64,000 nt of DNA from NCBI GenBank assembly GCA_001179505.1, contig CDMY01000164.1, positions 116,852 to 180,851 of the forward strand, given 5' to 3'. Origin of the DNA: Vitrella brassicaformis CCMP3155 (lineage: Eukaryota > Protista > Chromerida). Shown one piece after another: positions 46,458 to 58,791 of the stretch. Each line of letters opens with the position of its first letter. Position 1 is the first letter of the stretch. Below the pieces are notes generated by a model. The model was not told the origin of the DNA. It did not search any database and worked only from the letters and a program-made list of their open reading frames with translations. The translations under genes and the position numbers were made by a program.

Positions 46458-49400
46458 GTGCTACACGTATCGGGATTACCTCCGCAAGAAGGGCAAGGAC
46501 ATCCCCAAGACGTGGGCTGCCAAGCAGTGCGGTGGGGGAAAGAGCAGCGGTGGTGGTGGTGGTGGTCATGCCGTCAGACTGGCCATCATGGACGAGCCGG
46601 CACCGCCTGCAGCCTCCGACGACACGCCGACACCACCCCACCCACCAGGGCCGACCCCCAGCACCACCCCGGACGAGTCAGCATACTACACTCGCACGGA
46701 GCTGACGGCCGGCACCGACTTCTCGGTCAAGGGCAAGCTTGGCTTCGACTTCGAGAAGGACCATCTGCAGCTGCCTGACCTGGATGAGGACGACAAAGTC
46801 ATCTTGCTGCTGCAGGACGGCAGCCAGTACGTTGTCATGGACGGCGGCGCATCGACGCACATCTTCAAGGACAAGAGGTTCCTCATCCCTGGCTCAGAGC
46901 GGCCCACTCCGGGACTCACCATCAAGACGGCACATGAGGGCCACGACCTCAAGATCCTGTGCAGGGGCGAGGCCATCATCATCGTCATCGACAAGAACGG
47001 CCAGCACTTGCCGATGAAGCTGGCCCCGATGTACGTCGCTCCCGACTGCCCTGCCACGCTCATCAGCGAGCGTCAGCTGCATACAAGGGGTGGTGGTGTC
47101 CACAAGGTCGCGGGGGAGGCCGACCAGGCCTACCTCTACTGGCATGTGATAGGCATCGACGGCATTCGGCAGACCCGTGTCGTCCCCCTGGACTGTGTGA
47201 CTGGCGGATATCGCTTGATGGTGCGGCCGTGGACAGAAGACGACGACAAGAGGGCAGAGGAGATGGCGGCGTACGTCACGGTGGGCGATTCCATGGAGAC
47301 GTCATGGGATGTGCTGCTGGCGGGTGGGGGCCGCACACATGATGATGATGTGAGCTCGAGCGACTCAAGCGACGGCGAGAGTGATGGTGACGGTGCGGAC
47401 GGGCTAGACAGGGACGTGTGTGAGGCTGATGGATGCGAGGCTGATGCGGGCAGACAGCTATCAGAGGTGATCATGACCAACAAGGAGCGAGAGAACCTCC
47501 GCAACGCCTTTGAGCTGCACAAGTGTGCCGGCCACAAGGGCTTCGACGCGCTCTTGAAGCTATCGAGAACCCTCCGTGGCGCCAAGCCCGTCGACAAGGT
47601 CGCCTGAGGGGCCAGCTAGGCACCCTGGGGTCAACAGCCATCCTGGTCCTCGTCTTCGTGTGTGCCTACTCCAGCTACACGGTCTCCTACTCGGCCAACT
47701 ACAAGACGGAGGCGGCCGACATATTCAGGCACTTCCACCGAGAGACGAGCATCATCCAGGAGATCAACGGCCCCATCCGCGGCATCTCCGTCGACCCAGG
47801 CAGTGAGCTGTGTGAGCCCAACGCCCCGTTCGGCAAGGCCATAAAGGAGCTCGGCATCGAGGGGCCCATCGTCACGCCAGCCCGCCGACACGAACACCAC
47901 GGCAAAGCTGAGAGGGCGATTGGCGTCCTGGGCGAGATCGGCCGGACGGTTCCGGTGGCCAGCGGGCTGGACGCCACCCACTGCGGCCAGTACGCCTGGC
48001 AGTATGCGGTGCAGACCTACAACATGACGGCACTCGTCAAGCACAACGGGCAGACACACACATCGGAGGGCTGGTGCTTCGAGGGCCGCGACCCGCACGT
48101 ACACCACCTCCACCCCTTTGGATGCAGCGCGACCGTCCTCATCCCCAAGGAGCGTCAAGGTCATCGCCTGTAGCCTCGGGGGGAGGCGGGGGTGTTTCTG
48201 GGCTTTGACCCCGACAACAAGGACACTTCACTCGCATCTATCGAGGCATCGACGTCAAGTTCGATCACTTCTTCTATCCCCTCAACCCATCCCCGTATCC
48301 AGGGCTACGTTTGTCGGGAGCAGTGAGTCGGGTGGGGGCGAGACGTCGACTCGCTTAGGGGGTGCTGCTGGGGCGGACGGAGACACCACCCAGCAGCAGC
48401 AGCAGCGACAAGTGCAGCAGCCCCCATCGCAACCCGTGCAGCTGAAAGTAGCGGAGCGACCTCAGCGAGATAGGAGGCCTCCGGCACGGCCCTCGGACGA
48501 GGGATATCAGTGGCATCGCCCCGCAGCCCCGCCGCGACAATCGACACCTCGCTCTCAGCAGGACGGCCACCCTGCTGCTGGTGTGCAGATGGAGGAGGAG
48601 ACCGTGTCGGGCGGGGTGCAGCCGGACGGCGAGAGCCGGGCTGCTGTTGATAATGCTGGTGTCGAGGCGGGTGAGAGCCCAGCCGCTGAGCCCGTGCCTC
48701 AGCAGGGGCGTCTTGGGGGCGAGGGCGCCGAGATAGTCGTACGCGTAGGGGTGGAGGAGCTCAGCAACACGGCCAGCAAGCCACTAGCGCAGCCCTCTCC
48801 CATCCAGCCGTCTGATCAGACGGCCGTCTCACCCACACCACCACCCCCAGCGGCTCCATCTCAGACTGGTGACGCCCCCCACAACCGCAGCGACGTGTAC
48901 TGTGCCGAAGGCAACGAGCAGCCGGCCGAGTACAGGGGCAAGGCGTTCAACAAGTGGATGCTGCCATGCCATCCCATGTGGCCATGCACCTACAAGAACC
49001 TCACTGCCTACCAGCGGCCGCGGGTTAAGGAGCTACGCCGCTACCTGGCTGCAGCGGGCAAGCCGGCATGAAATGAGTCACGGCTGAGGGCACAGGCAAA
49101 GAAGGAGTGGAATGCAGCCGACCAGGCGAGACGGAAGATGGGTGTGGAGGAGGCGGAGGCGGTCTACTTGGCCGCCTGCTGGGGGGCGGAGGAGGCCTAC
49201 GTGGCCACCAGCTTTGGGGTCGGGGAGGACCTGTCGTCTTCCGCTGACCCGGCTGCTGACGCCGTGGATGCGGCTTTGTCCGTGGGCGAGTTCGGCGGCT
49301 CCACTGGCACACCACTGGATCGTCAGCTGCTGATCCTTCGGGCGCAGGAGGCCGACGTGAGTGTGTCTGACAACGACTACGCCAAGTGGATGTCGAACAT

Positions 49401-50931
49401 GAAGGTCACGCCGTCAATCATCAGCAAGATGAGCCCTGAGAACCAAGAGAGGTTTCGGGAGGCGGATGCGGCAGAGGTCGAGAAACTCGAGCAGCACGAG
49501 ACGTACATTTGGCGCAAGAGACGTGAGGTCCCCAGAAGCTCACAGATCTTCCACATCTTGGCTGTGAGAACGACCAAGGCCGACGGGCGGCCGAAGACAC
49601 GGCTTGTCATCAACGGCAGCCAAGACGAGCGACAGCACGAGACGCTCTATGCTCCCACCAGCCGCACCGCCACGGTCAAGCTGCTCATCGCTATGGGCCT
49701 CGCCAAGGGCCACGACACAGAGCAGGCCGACGTCGAAAGCGCCTTCCTGCATGCCTCTATGCCCGAGGAGCAGCAGCCCGTCTTCGCTTACCCGACGGAC
49801 GAGATCCTCGCCCGCCACCCAGACAAGAAGAAGTACGAGGACATCCTCAACGACCACTTCGTTGATGTCCTCAAGCGAGAGGGCTTCAGCCAGTCAGCGG
49901 TGGACAAGGGGCTGTTTTATCACGAAGCCAGAGACCTGTACATCAACCTGTACGTCGATGACGCGCTGCTGATGGGGCCGCCGGAGGGCAGGGAGTGGCT
50001 CAAGGAGCTGCTGGCGAGCCAGTTCAAGATGAAGTGGCTGGGCCGTCCACGGCTGTTCGTCGGTATGGAAATCGAGTACACCACCAACGGCGTCATCATC
50101 CATTAGACCAGCTACGCTAACAAGATCGTCGAGGCCTTCCTGCCCCCCAACAGCCGGCCCGTCACCACGCCGATCGCCCCCGGCATACACATCGGCACCG
50201 AGCCGCTTCCTTCGGACGAGGAGTGGGAGCACTCACCCCTCCGCAAACTGCCCTACCGGCAGGTTGTTGGATCCGTCCTCTACCTGGCCACCGGCACACG
50301 GCCTGACCTCCTCTACCCAGTGAAGGAGCTGGCCAAGTGGATGTCGAGATGGACCCAGGACGACTACGATGCGGCGTTGCGTGTGTTGCGGTATGTGAAG
50401 GCTCGCCCGAGCCTCGGGGTGCAGTTCGACAAGGGCGGCGACCCCACACAGCTGGTGGGGTATGCGGACGCGTCATTTGCCGATTTGGCCGACAGGCGAT
50501 CGACGTCTGGATGGCTCTGGCTCTATATGGGAGGCATCGTCAGCGCTCAGTCAAGGACGCAGCCGAGAGTGTCCACCTTAATGGTGAAGGCCGAGTACAA
50601 GAGCGTCTCTGAGTGCGCCAAGGACGGCGATGCCCTCGCCAACACCCTCAAGACCATCAACGTGTCCGTGGCGCGGCCGCTGACGCTGTACAGCGATGGG
50701 ATGGGGGCCTGCTACGTTGCGTCCAACAAAAAGGACAGCCGCCTGCTGCGGCATGTGGATGTGCGTTACCACCACGTGCGTGAGCTGGTGGGGGACGGGC
50801 TGCTGCGGGTGGTGCACATCGCTGGAGCCGACAACCCGGCTGACATCCTCACAAAGCCGATGGACCGCGCCACTTTGGAGAAGCACCTGCGGACCCTGAA
50901 GATGGTGCCGGTGCAGCCGAGCAGTGAGTGA
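46458..50931 (+). pseudogene. copia pol: protease, integrase, RT and RNase H, with frameshifts, stops and deletions
   Basis: VMDGGASTH (PR), LHKCAGH (pre-IN), VDPGSE..HGKAERAIG (IN), QADVESAFL..LYVDDAL (RT), YADASFA..RRSTSG..HVDVRYH..NPADILTK (RH). There is a TAG at 50104-50106, and the K.LYGLKQ..R.W segment of RT is missing. Confidence 0.92.
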
Positions 50932-51255
50932 TTGTCTTCATCAGTTGGCCTTTTATGTGTGTCGTGGGTGCATATCGCATGTCGCTCTCGGTCACCCATG
51001 GTGGGCTGCTGGGTGTTTGGTTCATTGGGTATGTTTATGTGTGTTGTCATACATTAGTGTGGCATCTTATGCATCATTCATGTCCATTCAGTGTGGTGTC
51101 CATGCTGGGCTGATTAGGTGCCTATCCACTGCATGTGGGCCTAATCATTTTCGCCCTTTTGGTTGGTTGACAGCCAAGTGTTTTTCACTTTTATGTGCGC
51201 TTGGCTGCCATGTACTCACTCTCGTTTGGCTCGCGTGGCTACATGGGGGTGAGGG

Positions 51256-52289
51256 TGTCGCGCCATAGCATGTCGCTACCTATATGATTGGTCCTTGGTT
51301 TTGGCCCATCGTATCCACGCTATGATTTGATGGTGTTGATGCGATATTGGCCATGGCTCAGTGCAGTGGGCCGAGCTCCATGCTACCGTTACACGGTGCC
51401 TGTAGCTCGCAGTCTACGCTTGACCATGATGGACACCGCATCACCCCTGGACCACGTGCACAGCGTCACAGGCATGTACACGTGCACCGCATGAGTTCTA
51501 CTACACACTCGCATATCGCTTTCCCATGTTGGTTGGCTTCAGTGTGCCCTCGATGCGTGTTCGTTACGTCATGCGGATGGATTGCCATTGTTCGGTCGTC
51601 GTAGCTGATACGCCGGTATGCATCTACACTCCACCTGCTCGATGAGCCACGACCATGCGCACCACTGGCTTGTATGGCATCTCGTGATGTGTGCAGGTTG
51701 GTTTGGTTGTATCTATGGTCTTGGTTGTTTGTCGGGTCGCTTGGGACACACTTCTCGCTACTGCTGGTATGCTCACGCACTTGTGGTGCGGATCATCCAT
51801 CCTATCACTGTCTGTGTGCCTCCGGTGGTTCAGGTTGTCGTGTGTCGTGGTGCCTGACGGGTTCACACTTACTGCGGGGTGCGCATCCATTGTATCTGGT
51901 ACGTCACCTCCACACACACGCCATATTGCGTGGCACACACCATGCATCTCTCTCTCTGTGTGGGCGTGTGGCTGGTGGTGCAGGGTGCTTGGGTGTTGGT
52001 CGTGTCGTGTGTTGGTTGTCTGGGTTGAGCACACCACCACACCTCCATCGGTATGTTACTCGCACCACCCCTCCCCCCAACACTACACCTATCCTGTCCA
52101 TCCTCTCCTCTGGTGTGTTTGGCTGGTGCTGTTTGTGTGGTGTGATGGTGGTGCAGTATTGTGTTTGTGACCTTCGTTTGGACCTCTGCGTGTCTTCGAT
52201 TACATCATGCCGCTGACCGTTGATCCGACCGATCGGCACTCACGTCACGTTCACCCACGGCATACACATCGGCATACCGATCATCGACA
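51256..52289 (+). repeat. 3' LTR (1034 bp)
   Basis: Follows the PPT and ends in ..ATCGACA|GTGTG. Confidence 0.97.
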
Positions 52290-52702
52290 GTGTGACAAAC
52301 CACCCCGTGTCGCGTGAAAAAGTGAGCGAAAGTGATGAGCTACACGCTGCGCTGCCCGAGTCGTCTGTCCCCTTCCCCTTCAGTCGCAGCGGCTGATTCA
52401 GCCGGGCACCGGCTGAACGTGCGCCAACAGGCGTCGGCCGCGGCAGCGTCTGCGTCTGCGGTGTCTGCGGTGGCCAAGGCGATCGATGTTCAAGACAGTG
52501 CCGTTTGTCAAGGACATGGAGGCTGGTGATGGAGGAGTTCCGTTTCCGGGCAGCCTTTTCCCATCAGGCCACTCCACTTGGCGGGCCCGATGAAAAGGGT
52601 TGAGGGCGACAGCGCCACGCAGCAGGGATATGATATTGGCTACATCCATCGGGGCCCGTGCCGTGTGTGGCGAACTCAATCCTGACGCAACGGCCATTCT
52701 GG

Positions 52703-54477
52703 TCACTCCAGCGCTCTCGTTGATTTTGGATACTCGAATATGTCCCATGGTGCAGGTGGCTCTTCCCTTCCATGATCGTCGTGTCGCCTCGGCATGCTCG
52801 CTGAATCAGGCAGCTGGTCCAAACACACTTTACCTAAGTGCCCCCCGCGGAATAGCTGCAAGAAAAAGCGACAACCTGCATGCGTCAGGGTCATCGAGGG
52901 CAGAGACAGCATCAAGGACCCAATCGTTACATTTGTCAGTAGTTTGTTGCGAGGATACCTGCGAGCGGGTCCGGCACTTTGTCAGGTCTGACCATCTTAA
53001 GGGTCTGCGCCGTGAAGGACGATATCTGGTTGGTGCAACGACAAGTTGGCAAGTGTCACCCGTGTCGCTGTTTGATTCTTCCTTACGTATTTTATGTCAT
53101 CAGAAGGTCCTGTGAGCCCCAGTACGTCGACATAGCGGTATAGTCGCCTGCAGTTGAGCTGATGCAGCACGTAATCAGCTGAACACGAAATACTCACACG
53201 CCACCGCCGCGACATACACCCTCGTGCAGTCCAGGCGCTCACCAATATACATTTCGCCGGCCCAGTAGTCGAGAATTGAACCTGGCAGGATAGTACGACC
53301 AGAATACTACATGGTTGACGAACGCCCTGTAGTAATGCGACCTAATGCAGCCATTTTCAAGTTGGTCTCGGGGTCTATAGTCCTGTGAAAGCGGCACACG
53401 AAGGCTATGGTGCTACCACTCGTGACTTCATGACGTAAGGGTTCTGTCCTGCTTCACTTTTTGAGTGTGATGCCTGGCGTGTCGATGCAATAGATCCTGG
53501 GCTTGTTGGAGATCTGAAAGAAACCTGACATAAACGACAGCCAGCCCCGACAGGGTTTGCTACGCATGCGCATTACTTATGTTTCTTCTGCCTTCGCCTA
53601 CCAACGTCTTTTGTCACGCCCGGCAGAATTCCCACAGCCGACTCGGTACGCCCTGGAGGCAAAACGAAACAGAGGGATGACAGCTCTGGCATGATTTCCG
53701 GCCTGCATGCTGTCAGCTTACGAACGTCCTTGACGATCTGGTTGCCAGGCCTCCCATACTTAGCGGCCTGAAAAAAAAAAACTCCTTACTCGCATGCGCG
53801 TCGCTGTCCATCTGTGTGCCTCACAGCGAAGGCAAGCCTCTTGAGAGAGTTGATGACTGTCGATTTGCCGGCATTGGGCACCCCACACACCTGACTCACA
53901 GACATGAGTAGAATACACAACTGTGTGTGCCTAGGTGCATGACTACCATGACCCATATGCCGATCGTCTTGTAGTCTGGCCGTATGTGCTTCACGGCCCA
54001 CTCGTGAACCTTGGCAGTGCCACGATTGGTCGACGCACTCGTCAACACGCACTAGAGGGGGCGAGCAGGGGGAGACAGACAGCACACAGAATGCATCCAG
54101 CATGGAAGGCGGGATTTGATCGATCTACCGGAAAGCCAGCGTCCTCGATGATCTCCTGCGCCCTCTGCAAACACATACAGTACGAGGGAAGCGACACCCG
54201 TGTTCGTCTTGGCCCTTACATGAGCAAGTTTCTCGGAGACGAGATCGACCTTGTTAAGCACAATGAGCCTCTTGATGTCCTTGGGGATCTGCCTGGTGAA
54301 CTGATAGCTAGCACTCGTGAAGGGCGCCCTGGCGTCCCGCACCTCCACGACAAAGTCGATGAACTTGAACCGCTTCTCCATCTTGACCCTCGCATTCGCC
54401 ATGTGACCCGGATACCAGTGTATCACCTTGTCGTACCTGAACTCTCCGCGCGGCACGAATGCTGGAAAGCGGTGCAT
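52703..54477 (-). CDS. MTG1: circularly permuted ribosome-biogenesis GTPase, YlqF/RbgA family (mitochondrial MTG1-like), multi-exon
   Basis: WYPGHMA..IDFVVEVRDARAP..LNKVDL (G4), CGVPNAGKSTVIN (G1), VGILPGVTK (G2), IDTPG (G3) and C-terminal FRGGHLGKVCLD, across GT-AG introns. The MTG1 assignment over a plastid RbgA rests on the F.PR..F N-terminus. Confidence 0.9.
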
Positions 54478-54699
54478 GATGCGAATTTTTGCGCAATGAA
54501 TCAATCATGCTTAGCTCGCAGTCCCCTCGTGCGTGTGCCTGCTCGTATGTTGCCGTCGTTCGCAGCGCATTGCATATCCATCCACCTGTTCGCTGCCTCT
54601 GCCCTCCGCGTGCTGCTTGTTGGGTGTCCGTGTTGCATGTCGGGTGCGTCCGCGAATTGGGCTAGTGCGCATTTGCGTCTTTAAGAAACAACACGTTCG

Positions 54700-56730
54700 G
54701 CAGACAAAACGTTCGATCACGATCGTATGGGAGAGAAAAGGAAAACCGGTAGCGGTGTTGTGTTGCTTGCAGTACTGCAGACACGTCAATATGTCGAGAA
54801 GCTTCGTGGTTTTTTGTCACAGTGAACGTTAAACTGATGTACCCTAAAGCGATAAGTCATTGAAAAAAGCTTGGCCGCAGTCTGTCTGGGGTGCTTCCTT
54901 AAACCGCTGCTGCTTGATCGCGCTTGCTTCCCGGAGAAGGTCAACGAACAAGGGTATCTCTGGGCGCGAACTTCTTGAAAAAGCAAGATCCATAACGGAA
55001 GTAAGCATCAACTGACTGAACACACGAAACGCGCCAGTTTGTGGTGGATGGATGTTTCTTCTTTGTCCGGTCATGCAGCTTGTTGAGCTTGGCCAGCTCT
55101 TCACGCAGGCAGTCAGGCCATTCTTGCCTCAGCCACTTCTCATCAAAGTCCCGCGCAATGTGGAGGCCTTCGAGGGACGTCACTCTTGGCAGCTCCACAT
55201 AGATGGCAAGAGGAATCGTTGCCTTCGTCTGGTAAGGAGGAGGGTTGAGATCCACCGTTACCTCCTTNNNNNNNNNNNNNNNNNNNNNNNNNNNNNNNNN
55301 NNNNNNNNNNNNNNNNNNNNNNNNNNNNNNNNNNNNNNNNNNNNNNNNNNNNNNNNNNNNNNNNNNNNNNNNNNNNNNNNNNNNNNNNNNNNNNNNNNNN
55401 NNNNNNNNNNNNNNNNNNNNNNNNNNNNNNNNNNNNNNNNNNNNNNNNNNNNNNNNNNNNNNNNNNNNNNNNNNNNNNNNNNNNNNNNNNNNNNNNNNNN
55501 NNNNNNNNNNNNNNNNNNNNNNNNNNNNNNNNNNNNNNNNNNNNNNNNNNNNNNNNNNNNNNNNNNNAGATCCACCGTTACCTCCTTGAGGGTCTTGCCT
55601 TGCACCTTCCAGACAGTGCGACAGAAAGCAGGGACAATAGGAAGTTGAATACGTTTGACTTTCCGATTGATAGGCGTTGATGTGAGGCCAAGGAAGCTCT
55701 TGCTGAGAGGGAAAGAGCGCACAGCTGGTGTCAGAGCTGTGTACGGGTTCGGTCGTGATCGTTCTCCATCAGCCACATGCCGAAGGACGGCCGTATGCGG
55801 ATGGGCTTCGTCAGATGAGGACAGGCGGGGGGGAGGGGAAGCCCGTGAGATGAGTGTGTCGGCTGTTCTCGAACTGCAGGATGACCTCCGCTGGATCTGC
55901 AGCCACGCCCGTAGCTGCCAGACACAGCCAGTGTCTGCATTGCAGTTCAGCAAAATAGACCTTCACCGCCTTCATGACGGTCTTGCCGGTGCCGCCCCCG
56001 CGGGTCAGGCACACATTCGCAATGGCGCGATGTATTTGTTGTCCCTCAGGTCTTTGTAGTGGTTCAGCAACTGGCTGCAGATGATTTGGAACGCTGACGG
56101 CTCGCCCACTGAACAGAGAAGATCCTGTCGTCGACCGTCTCGGGCGGCTTGAATGCGGACGCCGGCTGCGCCAGCAATCGAGTGAGGTCGGCAGCACCCA
56201 TTGAGTGACCACCGTGTGTGAAGATATTCGAAGAGAAGCTACTCAGAAGGCTTGCTTCATCTGACGTGGCGCGGCTGTGGCCGATTTCATTTACCTTGTT
56301 GCGTTGCTGGTGCAGGTCATCGTTGGGCTGATCCTGGCGGCTCCCATTTGATTGACAAGCCGATTGGCAGTCACCAAAAAGCAATAAGTTCACATCCAAT
56401 TGCATCCAGCGATGCATTGATACACTTGGCGAAGCAGGTCTTCAACACGGGCGCAGCAGGAGCGGCAATAGAGGGTGTGTCTTGTGTTCTTGGTGCAGCC
56501 CTCTGAGTACCTGCATGTTATCGCCACGTCTGTCTTCAAGATCTGCATGTTTTTCGAGCTCTCGCAATTGTTGTCTGCATGTTTTTGAAACTCCCGCCAT
56601 TGTTGCATGCGTGGGCTTCTCGCCAACACTCGTGCTGTGCATGTCTCTGTGACGCATAATTGAACCACCACTTCGCACGCTTTTTTCGACCCCCGCCCAA
56701 TTCGCGGCCCGGGGTGCGCACTCAGTGGGT
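54700..56730 (-). mobile_element. decayed PIF1-family helicase, probable Helitron remnant (copy 2)
   Basis: CLTRGGGTGKTVMKA (Walker A), LAATGVAA (Ia), RIQLPIVPAFCRTVWKVQGKTL (V), IYVELPRVTSLEGL (VI). Internal deletions and frameshifts. Confidence 0.8.
55268..55567. other. assembly gap (300 N) whose flanks overlap by 20 bp
   Basis: AGATCCACCGTTACCTCCTT occurs at 55248-55267 and 55568-55587. Confidence 1.
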
Positions 56731-56832
56731 GCTCCTTACTCGCAATGTTGTAATGTGGGGTCAGGCCGACAGAGGACTTGGCCGTCAGGCCGCCTAGGGT
56801 ACTCCCTGAAACCGCTGCTGCCCTCCTTTCGT

Positions 56833-57475
56833 GGGGGACGCAACTCCCACTCTTTATTACACAGGGGACGCACTTATTATCGGCCATGTATAGTTAACGG
56901 CTGGTCGTCAGGCCTTCACAAAGTCGCAGCCGAAAGGGCGTAAGGAGCCCTATCACATGCCCCGCCTGAAACGGGACTCATCGATAATAATTGGCAGGAG
57001 AGGCCATTTTACACTGTCCCGACCGGTGATATATGTGACACATAGTAATTACAGAAAAGTGAGTGCTGCTCAATAATAATGTAGGTATTGTATTAATCAC
57101 TCAATAGTACAGTACTCAATAATACCTCGGCTGTATTGTAGTAGTTTAGAAATAAATAAAGCTTGTCATAGGGATTATTACGAGAAAGCCCCATAATTAT
57201 TACAAAAAATACCCCTGGGCCCTGGTCGGGCAGCTCATTCGCTAATATTCAGGGCACCTGTGCCTGCTTTATTAAAGCCATCGGGACAGTAATAAATCTG
57301 GTTCTCCTGCCTCAATGATTATCGATGAGTCCCTTTCCAGGCGGGCGTGTGATAGGGCTCCTTACGCCCTTTCGGCTGCCAGACTTTGAAGGCCTGACGA
57401 CCAGCCGTTATCTATGAGTACATGGCCGATAATAAGTGCGGTCCCCTGTGTAATAAAGAGTGGAATTACGCCCCC
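56833..57475. mobile_element. foldback/MITE-like element with about 190-bp imperfect TIRs and an AT-rich spacer
   Basis: 56833-57025 is the reverse complement of about 57280-57475 (GGGGG..CCCCC termini). No TSD was seen. Confidence 0.8.
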
Positions 57476-57759
57476 TTGACGCCACGTCAGCACTCACTTC
57501 ATCATCCCCTGAAACCAGTCACCCCTCTCTCTCACACTTTACCCGCACGTATAGAGAGGGCGGTGGCGCGATAGCGCCTCTCTCTGCCAGGGCGGTGGTG
57601 CGAAAGCGCCTCTCTCTGCCGGTTGACTGCCTGTATCTCCCGTCTTTCTTGCTTCCACACACAGACATTGAAAAAATTCATTCAGAATTCCACAAGGCAT
57701 TTCGCCTCCCCATCTGCTCTGCGATGGCGCCGCCACAGGCGCAACCCCTCCAGCACCTC

Positions 57760-58170
57760 GCTATTGCAGTTGGGAGGAGAACATGGAGGAGAAGCGTTTG
57801 GCAGCCTTCAGGTGCTGGCGGCAGAGGTCGTGGCGGCAGAGGTCGTGGCGGCAGAGGTCGTGGCGGCAGAGGTCGTGGCGGGGGGCGGTCGTACTTTGGC
57901 GGCACAGGGGGGCGCCCGCTCACAACACTCGACGATCGCAGCGCAGAATGGCCCAAACCAAGTTGTTGTTCCAGAGCCCTTGAAGATGGCAGATAGCTTG
58001 ACACCATCCGGGACCAGCCACGGTGTAGACAGTGGCCTCCACCTCGAGACGGTGCTGCTCAGTCATCGCTGCCTGACATGCATACATATACACATTCAGG
58101 TGCATCATGAGGCTGAGAGAACAGAGCATGAAGCGCATTCGATTCAGTGGTTATATTGGCCTTGTCGAGG
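57760..58170. repeat. composite fragment: RGG exon with 4x15-bp repeat (57817-57876, plus strand) next to an AP2-gene exon/intron fragment (58040-58170, minus strand)
   Basis: GGCGGCAGAGGTCGT x4. 58040-58170 matches 34285-34420, including the intron. Confidence 0.8.
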
Positions 58171-58791
58171 CCGTGCTCCGGAGAGAGACAGAGACAGACA
58201 TGGAGACAGCACTGACTGCGCCGCACAGTTCCGCCACACCGACCTGGCAGCTGGATCAAAGCGACTGTAGCCCTCGAGGTCGGCGGTTCTAAGAGGCAAA
58301 TGGCGAAGGGGAGGCGCATTTTTTCCAAATCCCTAACCGATACGGCGCGCGTGTGTCTGTGTCCCTGTTGCATGTACCCTTTTTGCCTCCCCTGACCATC
58401 ACCATTGCTTAGACAGAGCCCCACAGGGACGAGACATGTCCAGCGACGCTGTACTTGCAGCCGCCTGCGATTGCAGAGTGTGCAACTCTCAGCACCGAAG
58501 CATCAGGGAAAATCCCCATGAACGGAACAATCATTGACTCCCATCGTGATACAGGAGTCCCCCGAGTCTCCCAAGGTATCTATCGGTTCATTACGACGGT
58601 GATGGCTCTGTGTCAGCCCACAGCAACGTGAGCGGAGATCAGGGAGAGGAGGGCGTGCCAATGCGTCGGTGCCTGCCCCTGCGGGTGGCTCATGTCGAAC
58701 GGCGGAGGGCCCGTCCATCCTCTTTCCTTCATCCTCCTCCTGCTGCATCTCTGCTAAGGCCTGTATGTGCCTGCATTTTGAGTCGTCTGAA

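Larger units (their letters stand above)
42597..52289 (+). mobile_element. full-length Ty1/copia LTR retrotransposon (9693 bp) with a decayed pol
   Basis: TG..CA LTRs, 5-bp TSD GTGTG (42592-42596 and 52290-52294), TGG-starting PBS at 43638, PPT GGGGGTGAGGG at 51245-51255, and domain order gag-PR-IN-RT-RNase H. Confidence 0.97.

Noticed and set aside
4615-50106. RIP-like C>T hypermutation or an alternative genetic code explaining the several premature stops
   Set aside because: The stops are of all three types and normal genes end in TGA, TAG and TAA. The LTR differences are about half transversions, so there is no strong C>T bias.
44046-50886. Long antisense and alternate-frame ORFs over GC-rich coding regions
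   Set aside because: These are shadow ORFs expected from high GC3, with no independent motifs.
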